This document shows, one piece after another, positions 9,639 through 23,520 of a stretch of 64,000 nt of DNA; position 1 is the stretch's first letter, and each line of letters starts with the position of its first letter. Origin of the DNA: Schmidtea polychroa (Eukaryota). The stretch is taken from contig CM097885.1 of the NCBI GenBank assembly GCA_044892525.1, positions 29,824,001 to 29,888,000 of the forward strand, written 5' to 3'. Under the pieces are notes generated by a model that made no database searches, was not told the origin of the DNA, and saw only the letters and a program-made list of their open reading frames with translations. The position numbers and the translations under genes are program-made.

Positions 9639-12600
9639 ATGTTTTGAGTATGATTTAATTATTTCAAGATTCATTAATAATAAAAATCAAGATTAAATTA
9701 ATTTTTGAAATATTAAATTTATCACAGAAAATATCTCAAAGTTAGAGGATATGGGTCTTTTATTAGAAATAAAATATAAAAATATCTATTGAATAAAATA
9801 AGCATTTTTAGAAATAAAAATGTAAACAATTTTAAAAATTCAATATTTATTTGAAATTTGGAAGTTCAAATATTAAATTAAAAAAAATCTTTTTTGGCAG
9901 AATAGGTTTATTTAATTATAGTTGAATTATTTGTATTTTTTTAAAGTTAAAAATGTAAGTGTGTAAAATATTATTGATATAAATAAAAAAAATATCATAA
10001 GAAAATTTAAATGATAAAAATTAATTTATTATTAAAAATAATTGAAAATATACAAAAAACAAATCAAATTTAAAAATATCAATAAAAATATTTAGAAATA
10101 AAAGTTAAAACAATTTTTAAAATTTAATATTTTTTTTTAAAAATGGAAGGTCAAATATCGAATTTAAAAATATTTTAATCCAAATTTAAAAGAAACATTT
10201 AATTATAATAATAATATTGAAATTTTAGATCAAGTTGATATTAAAAAATTAGAATGTTACAATTATATTTATGAAAAATATATCTAAAATATCAAACTTT
10301 AAAGAAAATTATATCAGAATATGATTTTAAAGATAAAAAATATATTAAAAGTTCAAAAATATTTTTACAAAAAATATTGAAGTACCAACAGATTTATAAT
10401 AACTCTAACAGTTATATAAATAGTTTTTTTAAATTTAACTAATTCAATGAAAAAGAATTTTAAAACAATGAAAAATTCGAAATTCAGAACAATTCAGAAC
10501 CTCGTCCAAATGAAATTGGAAAAAGCCCTAAATAACTTTCCACCAGCATCCAAGATGAAAAACAACGATAACTAAATGCCAATTAATAGTAAAATAAATA
10601 ATTTACAGTTTAATCAATAACTTATATATAATTAAAAATTAAAAAAATTAAATCATTAAATTATATTATATTTCTCATTATTCTTGAATGAAGAGTTTGA
10701 ACTTTTTGAATTCTATGATTGTTGAGTTCTCAATTTCAAAATTAGAGTATATGGGTCTTTTATTAGAAAGTTAATTTATTATTAAAAATAATTTAAAATA
10801 TACAAAAAACAAATAAAATATAAAAATATCTATTGAAGAAGATATGAAAATATTTGGAAATAAAAATATATACAATTTTCAAAAATTTATTATTTATTTA
10901 AAAAGTTCAAATATTGAATAGAAAAATATTTTATTCAAAATTCTAAAAAAATATCGAAAATATTAAAAAACCATTTAATTTTTATATAATTATTGAAAAT
11001 TTAGATCAAGTTGATATTTAAAAAATTAGAATGTAAAAATTATATTTATAGAAAATATATCTAAAAAGAATTTTAAATCAATGAAAAATCAAAATTCAGA
11101 ACAATTCAGAACCTCGTCCAAATAAAATTGGAAAAACCCCTTATAACCTTCCACCAGTATCCAAGATAAAGTACAACAAAAACGAAATGCCAAATTATAG
11201 TAAAATAATCAATTAACAGTTTAATATATATATATATATATATTTCATTTCTTATTCCTTGTGATCTCCAATGCTTCGAATTGAAACAGTTTTTCTCGTA
11301 TGTCTTGTGATGACATTTAGATAAAAACTTTCGTTTCTTGGAATCTGGATGTTAGTGGGCTGATAATATCTGGTTGGTAATTGGTTGTTATTATCTAGTT
11401 ATTATCTAGTTATATTCGATAACTAACAGCTTCTACAAAATCCAAAGAATCTACTAGGTCATCCTGGAAGACTAATCCGAGAAATTGATAACGTGTTTAG
11501 TCTTTTATCAAAAGGTGAATGCATTTAAAATTAGGACAGGATATGTTATCAGATTACACAAAAATCCATCATAATTTAATATCAAATAAAATAAGTAGAT
11601 TATTTAACAAAATTAAATTATTTTTAGATAAAGAAATACCAATCGAAACAAGAAGAAAATATGTCGTTTGTATTATGTTTTGAGTATGATTTAATTATTG
11701 GAGATTCAATAATAATAAAAATTAAGATTGAATTAATTGTTGAAATATTAAATTTATCACAGAAAATATCTCGATGTTAGAGGATATGGGTCTTTTATTA
11801 GAAAGTTAATTTATTAATAAAAATAATTTAAAATATACAAAAAACAAATAAAATATAAAAATATCTATTGCCTAAGATAAATATCTCAAAATTAGAGTAT
11901 ATGGGTCTTTTATTAGAAAGTTAATTTATTATTAAAAATAATTTAAAATATACAAAAATTAAATAAAATATAAAAATATCTTTTGGCTAAGATAAACATT
12001 TTTAGAAATTAAAATGTAAACAATAATTATTTAAAATTGAAAGTTCAAATATTGAATTAAAAAAATTTTTTTGGCAGAATGGGTTTATTTAATTATAGTT
12101 GAATTATTTGTATTTTTTTAAAGTTAAAAATGAAAGTGTGTATGTAAGTCATAAATATCATAAGAAAATTTAAATGATAAAAATTAATTTATTATTAAAA
12201 ATAATTGAAAATATACAAAAAACAAATCAAATTTAAAAATATCAATAAAAATATTTAGAAATAAAAGTTAAAACAATTTTTAAAATTTAATATTTTTTTT
12301 TAAAAATGGAAGGTCAAATATCGAATTTAAAAATATTTTAATCCAAATTTAAAAAAAACATTTAATTATAATAATAATATTGAAATTTTAGATCAAGATG
12401 ATAATAAACAATTAGAATGTTACAATTATATTTATGAAAAATATATATAAAATATCAAACTTTAAAGAAAATTATATCAGAATATGATTTTAAAGATAAA
12501 AAATATATTAAAATTTCAAATATATTTTAACAAAAAATATTGAAGTACCAACAGATTTATAATAACTCTAACAGTTATATAAATACATTTTTTTAGTTTA

Positions 12601-15600
12601 ACTAATTCAATGAAAAAGAATTTTAAAACAATGAAAAATTCGAAATTCAGAACAATTCAGAACCTCGTCCAAATGAAATTGGAAAAAGCCCTAAATAACT
12701 TTCCACCAGCATCCAAGATGAAAAACAACGATAACTAAATGCCAATTAATAGTAAAATAAATAATTTACAGTTTAATCAATAACTTATATATAATTAAAA
12801 ATTAAAAAAATTAAATCATTAAATTATATTATATTTCTCATTATTCTTGAATGAAGAGTTTGAACTTTTTGAATTCTATGATTGTTGAGTTCTCAATTTC
12901 AAAATTAGAGTATATGGGTCTTTTATTAGAAAGTTAATTTATTATTAAAAATAATTTAAAATATACAAAAAACAAATAAAATATAAAAATATCTATTGAA
13001 GAAGATATGAAAATATTTGGAAATAAAAATATATACAATTTTCAAAAATTTATTATTTATTTAAAAAGTTCAAATATTGAATAGAAAAATATTTTATTCA
13101 AAATTCTAAAAAAATATCGAAAATATTAAAAAACCATTTAATTTTTATATAATTATTGAAAATTTAGATCAAGTTGATATTTAAAAAATTAGAATGTAAA
13201 AATTATATTTATAGAAAATATATCTAAAAAGAATTTTAAATCAATGAAAAATCAAAATTCAGAACAATTCAGAACCTCGTCCAAATAAAATTGGAAAAAC
13301 CCCTTATAACCTTCCACCAGTATCCAAGATAAAGTACAACAAAAACGAAATGCCAAATTATAGTAAAATAATCAATTAACAGTTTAATATATATATATAT
13401 ATATATATATATTTCATTTCTTATTCCTTGTGATCTCCAATGCTTCGAATTGAAACAGTTTTTCTCGTATGTCTTGTGATGACATTTAGATAAAAACTTT
13501 CGTTTCTTGGAATCTGGATGTTAGTGGGCTGATAATATCTGGTTGGTAATTGGTTGTTATTATCTAGTTATTATCTAGTTATATTCGATAACTAACAGCT
13601 TCTACAAAATCCAAAGAATCTACTAGGTCATCCTGGAAGACTAATCCGAGAAATTGATAACGTGTTTAGTCTTTTATCAAAAGGTGAATGCATTTAAAAT
13701 TAGGACAGGATATGTTATCAGATTACACAAAAATCCATCATAATTTAATATCAAATAAAATAAGTAGATTATTTAACAAAATTAAATTATTTTTAGATAA
13801 AGAAATACCAATCGAAACAAGAAGAAAATATGTCGTTTGTATTATGTTTTGAGTATGATTTAATTATTGGAGATTCAATAATAATAAAAATTAAGATTGA
13901 ATTAATTGTTGAAATATTAAATTTATCACAGAAAATATCTCGATGTTAGAGGATATGGGTCTTTTATTAGAAAGTTAATTTATTAATAAAAATAATTTAA
14001 AATATACAAAAAACAAATAAAATATAAAAATATCTATTGCCTAAGATAAATATCTCAAAATTAGAGTATATGGGTCTTTTATTAGAAAGTTAATTTATTA
14101 TTAAAAATAATTTAAAATATACAAAAATTAAATAAAATATAAAAATATCTTTTGGCTAAGATAAACATTTTTAGAAATTAAAATGTAAACAATAATTATT
14201 TAAAATTGAAAGTTCAAATATTGAATTAAAAAAAATTTTTTTGGCAGAATGGGTTTATTTAATTATAGTTGAATTATTTGTATTTTTTTAAAGTTAAAAA
14301 TGAAAGTGTGTATGTAAGTCATAAATATCATAAGAAAATTTAAATGATAAAAATTAATTTATTATTAAAAATAATTGAAAATATACAAAAAACAAATCAA
14401 ATTTAAAAATATCAATAAAAATATTTAGAAATAAAAGTTAAAACAATTTTTAAAATTTAATATTTTTTTTTAAAAATGGAAGGTCAAATATCGAATTTAA
14501 AAATATTTTAATCCAAATTTAAAAAAAACATTTAATTATAATAATAATATTGAAATTTTAGATCAAGATGATAATAAACAATTAGAATGTTACAATTATA
14601 TTTATGAAAAATATATATAAAATATCAAACTTTAAAGAAAATTATATCAGAATATGATTTTAAAGATAAAAAATATATTAAAATTTCAAATATATTTTAA
14701 CAAAAAATATTGAAGTACCAACAGATTTATAATAACTCTAACAGTTATATAAATACATTTTTTTAGTTTAACTAATTCAATGAAAAAGAATTTTAAAACA
14801 ATGAAAAATTCGAAATTCAGAACAATTCAGAACCTCGTCCAAATGAAATTGGAAAAAGCCCTAAATAACTTTCCACCAGCATCCAAGATGAAAAACAACG
14901 ATAACTAAATGCCAAATAGTAGTAAAATAAATAATTTACAGTTTAATCAATAACTTATATATAATTAAAAATTAAAAAAATTAAATCATTAAATTATATT
15001 ATATTTCTCATTATTCTTGAATGAAGAGTTTGAACTTTTTGAATTCTATGATTGTTGAGTTCTCAATTTCAAAATTAGAGTATATGGGTCTTTTATTAGA
15101 AAGCTAATTTATTATTAAAAATAATTTAAAATATACAAAAAACAAATAAAATATAAAAATATCTATTGAAGAAGATATGAAAATATTTGGAAATAAAAAT
15201 ATATACAATTTTCAAAAATTTATTATTTATTTAAAAAGTTCAAATATTGAATAGAAAAATATTTTATTCAAAATTCTAAAAAAATATCGAAAATATTAAA
15301 AAACCATTTAATTTTTATATAATTATTGAAAATTTAGATCAAGTTGATATTTAAAAAATTAGAATGTAAAAATTATATTTATAGAAAATATATCTAAAAA
15401 GAATTTTAAATCAATGAAAAATCAAAATTCAGAACAATTCAGAACCTCGTCCAAATAAAATTGGAAAAACCCCTTATAACCTTCCACCAGTATCCAAGAT
15501 AAAGTACAACAAAAACGAAATGCCAAATTATAGTAAAATAATCAATTAACAGTTTAATATATATATATATATATTTCATTTCTTATTCCTTGTGATCTCC

Positions 15601-17239
15601 AATGCTTCGAATTGAAACAGTTTTTCTCGTATGTCTTGTGATGACATTTAGATAAAAACTTTCGTTTCTTGGAATCTGGATGTTAGTGGGCTGATAATAT
15701 CTGGTTGGTAATTGGTTGTTATTATCTAGTTATTATCTAGTTATATTCGATAACTAACAGCTTCTACAAAATCCAAAGAATCTACTAGGTCATCCTGGAA
15801 GACTAATCCGAGAAATTGATAACGTGTTTAGTCTTTTATCAAAAGGTGAATGCATTTAAAATTAGGACAGGATATGTTATCAGATTACACAAAAATCCAT
15901 CATAATTTAATATCAAATAAAATAAGTAGATTATTTAACAAAATTAAATTATTTTTAGATAAAGAAATACCAATCGAAACAAGAAGAAAATATGTCGTTT
16001 GTATTATGTTTTGAGTATGATTTAATTATTGGAGATTCAATAATAATAAAAATTAAGATTGAATTAATTGTTGAAATATTAAATTTATCACAGAAAATAT
16101 CTCGATGTTAGAGGATATGGGTCTTTTATTAGAAAGTTAATTTATTAATAAAAATAATTTAAAATATACAAAAAACAAATAAAATATAAAAATATCTATT
16201 GCCTAAGATAAATATCTCAAAATTAGAGTATATGGGTCTTTTATTAGAAAGTTAATTTATTATTAAAAATAATTTAAAATATACAAAAATTAAATAAAAT
16301 ATAAAAATATCTTTTGGCTAAGATAAACATTTTTAGAAATTAAAATGTAAACAATAATTATTTAAAATTGAAAGTTCAAATATTGAATTAAAAAAAATTT
16401 TTTTGGCAGAATGGGTTTATTTAATTATAGTTGAATTATTTGTATTTTTTTAAAGTTAAAAATGAAAGTGTGTATGTAAGTCATAAATATCATAAGAAAA
16501 TTTAAATGATAAAAATTAATTTATTATTAAAAATAATTGAAAATATACAAAAAACAAATCAAATTTAAAAATATCAATAAAAATATTTAGAAATAAAAGT
16601 TAAAACAATTTTTAAAATTTAATATTTTTTTTTAAAAATGGAAGGTCAAATATCGAATTTAAAAATATTTTAATCCAAATTTAAAAAAAACATTTAATTA
16701 TAATAATAATATTGAAATTTTAGATCAAGATGATAATAAACAATTAGAATGTTACAATTATATTTATGAAAAATATATATAAAATATCAAACTTTAAAGA
16801 AAATTATATCAGAATATGATTTTAAAGATAAAAAATATATTAAAATTTCAAATATATTTTAACAAAAAATATTGAAGTACCAACAGATTTATAATAACTC
16901 TAACAGTTATATAAATACATTTTTTTAGTTTAACTAATTCAATGAAAAAGAATTTTAAAACAATGAAAAATTCGAAATTCAGAACAATTCAGAACCTCGT
17001 CCAAATGAAATTGGAAAAAGCCCTAAATAACTTTCCACCAGCATCCAAGATGAAAAACAACGATAACTAAATGCCAATTAATAGTAAAAAAAATAATTAA
17101 CAGTTTAATCAATAACTTATATATAATTAAAAATAAATAAAAAAATTAAAAAAATTAAATCATTAAATTATATTATATTTCTGATTATTCTTGAATGAAG
17201 ATTTTGAACTTTTTGAATTCTATGATTGTTGAGTTCTCA
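9639..17239. repeat. ~2.16-kb AT-rich tandem satellite, ~3.5 copies, with internal subrepeats
   Basis: Marker GTGATCTCCAATG at 11261, 13430 and 15592. GAACAATTCAGAACCTCGTCC occurs twice per unit. Confidence 0.93.
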
Positions 17240-17429
17240 GTTTCTGGTTGTTTGGTAGTGGAAATCTCTCTGTCTTTGGCGGCCAATGCGTTCATATTTT
17301 CTTTTGAAATTTTGTTTTCGGTATTTCTTATCTGGGAAAGGTTGGCAGAGGTTTATATTATTTTCTTTATGTTCTTTGAGGTTTTATATAAAATATATTT
17401 ATCATTTATTTGTTCTTTGATAAAATTTT

Positions 17430-17812
17430 ATAATTTGGTAACCACTATCATTGAGTAGCCTACAGATGTCACAAGAGACTCAGACACTGTAGAGCTGTCA
17501 AATCCAATAGAACTCACAACTATCGAGCAACCATGTAGAAGCATGGAAAATAATGAGACCGCAATCTCTACAGTAAACAACGAAAACATAGAAATTGACG
17601 GAACAAGTCGGGGAATAATAATAAAACCCATTGCACCTGTACTCAAAGAAAATATATCAAATAACGAAACAAGAAGGCAATCAAGACAAGATAAAAATAT
17701 CAGATCCAAGAGTCAGAAGAAAGAAAGACAAATAATTGACTCCGATAGCCATTGATACCACAAAACAAAACAAAAAACTACGTACCGGTGGAGACCATCA
17801 ACGGCAAATAAT
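17430..17812 (+). mobile_element. Decayed retrotransposon ORF1 fragment (also at ~48297-48679)
   Basis: KNIRSKS.KK.RQ and CGTACCGGTGGA...TCAACGGCAAATA are shared with 33910-34220. Confidence 0.7.
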
Positions 17813-18037
17813 TGGCTTATGGTAGTTAAAAAACATCCAATAGCCAGTTAACCGAATGGAAAAATGCCTTGAAAATATTTTTAGCATAAAAGCCCACATA
17901 ATATAGTTAATAAACTATAATATGCAGGCAATTAGTTAATCTAAATTTCAATCTAGAAATTTAAAGTTAATTTTAAAAACGACATGAATGAATCATAAAG
18001 ACTCAATACATATCTACACAATGAATGATTCATAAAG

Positions 18038-18638
18038 AATCAAATCATCGCGTCAGATGGGGATGAAGTTCAAAATCTCGCAGTTTACACCACTCGAATT
18101 CTTACGCTTCCCCGACCGTAAAGTAAGTCGTCTACAAACGATTTAATGCCAACACGTAAATCATTAAAAATGATTCAAACATCCAAACTATTTTCATAGA
18201 ATGGTTAGAGTTTAAATATATGGCTAAGCCACATCCACTAACTTGCGTTAATGAATAATAATATTGCCTCATTACGAGGATGGCACAAAATATCATGATT
18301 TTTAGGCGAGATTCAGACTTAGAGGCGTTCAGTCTTAATCTCTCGGATGGTAGCTTCGTGCCACTGACCTTTTGATCAAGCACATTTACCAGTGATCCGA
18401 ATCTGCGGTTCCTCTCGTACTGACCAGAATTACTATTATCATGACAAATTATATAGTAGGGTAAAACTAACATGTCTCACAACAGTCTAAACCCAGCTCA
18501 CGTTCCCTATTAGTGAGTGAACAATCCAACGCTTTGCGAAATCTGCTTCGCAATGATAGGAAGAGCCGACAACGAAGGATCAAAAAGCGACGTCGCTATG
18601 AACGCTTGGCCGCCACAAGCCAGTTATCCCTGTGGTAA
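18038..18638 (-). rRNA. 28S rRNA 3'-terminal fragment (~600 nt, decayed pseudogene)
   Basis: Antisense of conserved LSU segments: sarcin-ricin loop GTTCCTCTCGTACT, AAACCCAGCTCACGTTCCC, GGATCAAAAAGCGACGTCGCTATGAACGCTTGG and CAGTTATCCCTGTGGTAA. Several substitutions fall at normally invariant sites. Confidence 0.93.
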
Positions 18639-20478
18639 TAGCACAAATTCGAAAATCGGAGAAGATGAAAACATCACAACAATATCAGAAATACAAAAAT
18701 TACATCAAAAAAACAGTCATTTGGAATCAGGAATGCAGATAATGATGAAAATGATGCAATCATTGACTGAAGAAATAAATACTCTAAAAAAATGATGGAC
18801 AAATCACAAAATGGGAATGAAACAGATAAAAATAATCAAAGAAACAGTTATGCCCAAATTGCCAAAAAATCAAATAGCAATTTAAATTTCCAAGAAAATG
18901 ATAAAAATTTGAATTTTACAAATTGTAAAAAAAATTCAAATTCGGAAGAAAATAATAAAAATTTAAATTTAAATTCAAATTTAAATACAGAAAATCAAGA
19001 GAATTTAAATATTTTAAAATCAAATATTAATGATTTTAAAATTTCGAAGAATACATCATTTAAAAATTTTAAAAATAAGAAAGATTTTATAAATAATAAA
19101 AATGATTTTAAGCCAATAATCAATCAACACTGAAATCCAGATCTGCGCTGAGAAAATTAATACTACAACACTGAATTCTCAACCAGTAGAATCAAACAGA
19201 AAGAGAAGAAAGGCAATCTTAGCAAGTGATGAAGAGCAAAATCTTCCAAAAAAGACTAATAATCATAAAGAGCAACCCATATTCGACCAACCTGAAAAAT
19301 TGATTGGAGGAGGACCAAGTGATAATGAGAACTTCCAGATCCACGTTACTAATGAACTAACCTACAAATGTGCTCTGATTGGATGCATATCCAAATCTGA
19401 ATCATTAGCCGGGATTAAACAGCATGTATCAAGAGCCCATAAAATCAGGACAACATACACTAAATGCCATCAATGACCAAACAATATTCAACAACATGAA
19501 ATTGAAGAACATGTCAAATATCATAAAGAGTTGACAAATAAATATAAAGATGCGAAAATGGATGTCATAATTCCAACAAAAAATGACATTCCTTCAAACA
19601 TCGCATGACTAGCACAGTCAGCTATCGAGGCTCAAATAAGATCAATCATAAAAGAGCCTAAGAACAAAGATAGCATAATCTGTTACTTAAATCCCCAGTG
19701 CGCTAATGACCTAATATCAAACAACAGGAATGGCCTCTTTAAAAAGTTAAAAATGGATGCCCTTGTTGGATGTGAGCTTACTATTTGGCTAATCCATTGG
19801 AATAAAAGTCATTGAACTGTATACCTTGCAGAAAGGAAAAACAGGACGTCAGTAATTATGAACCCTGACAATCAAATGTCTCAAGAACTTAAGATTTCCA
19901 TCAAAAAGAAAATAGATGATATACTGAGAATAACTTCCTCCGAGCAAGACAATGAAATGCAATTAATGAACATCCCAATCTATCCAACTCAGACAAACAA
20001 ATATGATTGTGGAGTGTTCGTTATTCAATATATAATGGACTTCCTAGAAAATCCGGAGAGGCCCATATTCAATATGCCCGACTCCGATAAAATAAGAACC
20101 CAAATAACATCAAGCATATTAGAGGATATCAAAAGATACAAAAAATGCTCAAATGAATCAAAGAAAGAAGATATAGAAGATGCTATAAACCAATTTAGAT
20201 TACACCAGCTATCAATAAACGATATACTAAATTGGCTCAAACACAGATTTCTAAAAGATCCTAAACCGAGAAGGGCATGCAGAAGCGAAAATAAAAAACC
20301 CAATCTATGCTCATACCAAATACAGAGGATATACTCAATAAACTCTGGCAAAGCGATAATGCAAATACATAATGAATCATGCAAGGTTATTGACCTAACA
20401 TCAACGTCAATGGACCTGCATTTTACAAAACCAAAGCCACCAAAAATACAGAACATGATTAATATTGCGTACAAAAGA
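18639..20478 (+). mobile_element. NeSL/R5-like non-LTR retrotransposon 5' part (ORF1, two C2H2-like fingers, Ulp1 protease); decayed, antisense in 28S, truncated by the Polinton
   Basis: QTNKYDCGVF; colinear with 34200-35385; stops and frameshifts at ~18790, 19131, 19474, 19606 and 19813. Confidence 0.87.
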
Positions 20479-20580
20479 AGTAGTAGGATGTGGGCTCCCC
20501 CGGCCAGGAGCTCCCCCGGCCACATATACCCCCTCCCCCCCCCCCCCGGGAAAAAATTTTTTTTTTAATTTTTTGTTTTA

Positions 20581-21130
20581 ATTAATTGGCCGGGCGGGCT
20601 CACACTTTTTTTCATCCCAAAAATTAATGTTCCTGCCAACAGATTTTATTGACCGATACCTCATCTTAAAGCTCAGTCCAAGACCTTTCGAATGAGCTAT
20701 AGGTATCATATATATCTTTAATAGTTTTAATGTTATTAACAATTGATGACCACCATCTTTTCAACGTTAAATTATTATTATTTTCCAAAATATTATTAAT
20801 TGGCCGGGCGGGCTCACACTTTTTTTCATCCCAAAAATTAATGTTCCTGCCAACAGATTTTATTGACCTATACCTCATCTTAAAGCTCAGTCCAAGACCT
20901 TTCGAAAGAGCTATAGGTATCATATATATCTTTAATAGTTTTAATGTTATTAACAATTGATGACCACCATCTTTTCAACGTTAAATTATTATTATTTTCC
21001 AAAATATTATTAATTGGCCGGGCGGGCTCCTACTTTTTTTCATCCCAAAGATAAATGTTCCCGCCAACATATTATATTGATCGATAGCTTATTTTAAAGC
21101 TCAGTCCAAGACCTTTCTAATGAGATATAG
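20581..21130. repeat. 214-bp subterminal tandem repeat, ~2.5 copies (also at ~51444-51993)
   Basis: TGGCCGGGCGGGCTC at 20587, 20801 and 21015. Confidence 0.92.
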
Positions 21131-21143
21131 ATTTTTATCATAC

Positions 21144-21580
21144 GATGACTCATCACATTTTTAGAACAAAGACAATGACTCATCACATTTTTAGAATGAT
21201 GTCTAATATTTTAGAATGATGCCTAATATTTTTAGAATGATTACGTCACATTTTTAGAATGATGCCTCTTATTTTTAGAATGATTACGTCATATTTTTAG
21301 AATGATGCCTAATATTTTTAGAACGATTACGTCATACTTTTAGAACGATGCCAAATATTTTTAGAATGATTACGTCATACTTTTAGAACGATGCCTAATA
21401 TTTTTAGAACGATGCCTAATATTTTTAGAACGATGTCTATTATTTTTAGAATGATTAGTCATACTTTTAGAACGATGTCTATTATTTTTAGAATGATTAC
21501 GTCATACTTTTAGAACGATGCCTAATATTTTTAGAATGATTACATCATAATTTTAGAACGATGCCTAATATTTTTAGAAT
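21144..21580. repeat. ~20-23-bp minisatellite (TTTTAGAAYGAT...); the copy at 52007-52380 is 63 bp shorter
   Basis: About 20 units of ttttagaatgattacgtcatac / ttttagaacgatgcctaatat. Confidence 0.9.
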
Positions 21581-21720
21581 TAATAATTTTGTTTTAATTA
21601 TCGATGATTATATAATTTTGTTTAAATCATTGATTATATAATTTTTTTTTGTTTTAATTATCGAATACGTAATAATATAATTTTGTTTAAATCGTTGATT
21701 ACATATTATTATTTTCTAAG

Positions 21721-22815
<1,095 letters not shown>

Positions 22816-23297
22816 GTTGCAAATATTAGTTAAAAAGATAAATTATTTCTACACACATACACAACCCATTAACCATTATTATTATCATTATTAGTGAAAA
22901 CCTCAAATATTTTTTACACACACACACAACCCATTAACAATTATTATTATCACTATTAGTGAAAACCTAAAATATTTTTACACACTAAGTTATGGGGTAG
23001 AGAATTATTATATGTTTGCAGTATTCTGTGTTTGCCTTTACAGGAAGTTGTCAATATGGAGCGATAATTTTATACATACATTCTATATACACATACCTTG
23101 TTTAACATGGGTGTATATACTCCTAGTCTATCCGACAAGATATTCTGTCCCCCTATGGGTAATGCTCACAAGGGTACTACTCACATTCAACATATCGCAA
23201 GGGTATATTAATTAAGGTTAGTAAATAAAACCTATCACACACACTATTTAAACGATAAAAATCAAGACAAGAGAGGACAAGGCAAAGTGTATGCATT

Positions 23298-23520
23298 TAG
23301 TATTGCCAGGCCTAATGAGCAGTGATCAAATATCTGTGCCTGAAAGACACGGTGGATATTTGTTCGCGTCCACAAGGGTCGTCTGTGCCTCCCCCAAGTG
23401 GGGTCAGAAGAACCTGGGCATTATAGCTTTCCGTACGGAACATTACGCCTAGCATGGGTAGTCAACTACCAGCACATTCGAAACGTATAATTTCAAAATA
23501 CATGCGTCATTGGCACTATA
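23298..23520. ncRNA. Candidate structured RNA (multi-hairpin, GC-richer island); copy at ~54149-54371
   Basis: Four to five hand-folded hairpins inside a closing stem; no ORF. Confidence 0.4.

Noticed and set aside
9639..17239. Satellite as rDNA intergenic spacer
   Set aside because: Separated from the 28S fragment by LINE debris, with no 18S/5.8S present. It cannot be supported from this window.
18132..18473. 113-aa ORF
   Set aside because: Lies inside the 28S rRNA fragment.
19474..19815. Alternative genetic code (TGA=Trp)
   Set aside because: TGG is used for Trp throughout and TGA terminates other ORFs. These extra TGAs are decay.
20666..20960. ORFs within the 214-bp repeat
   Set aside because: Repeat-derived, and the plus-strand ORF is not kept in the next unit.
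21144..21580. CRISPR-like array
   Set aside because: No unique spacers and no cas genes; a eukaryotic minisatellite.
23304..23515. Type I hammerhead-like core (CTAATGAG...CGAAAC...GTC)
   Set aside because: The invariant G5 is A, stems I and II are poor, and CTAATGA pairs better with TCATTGG. Kept only as a generic structured RNA.
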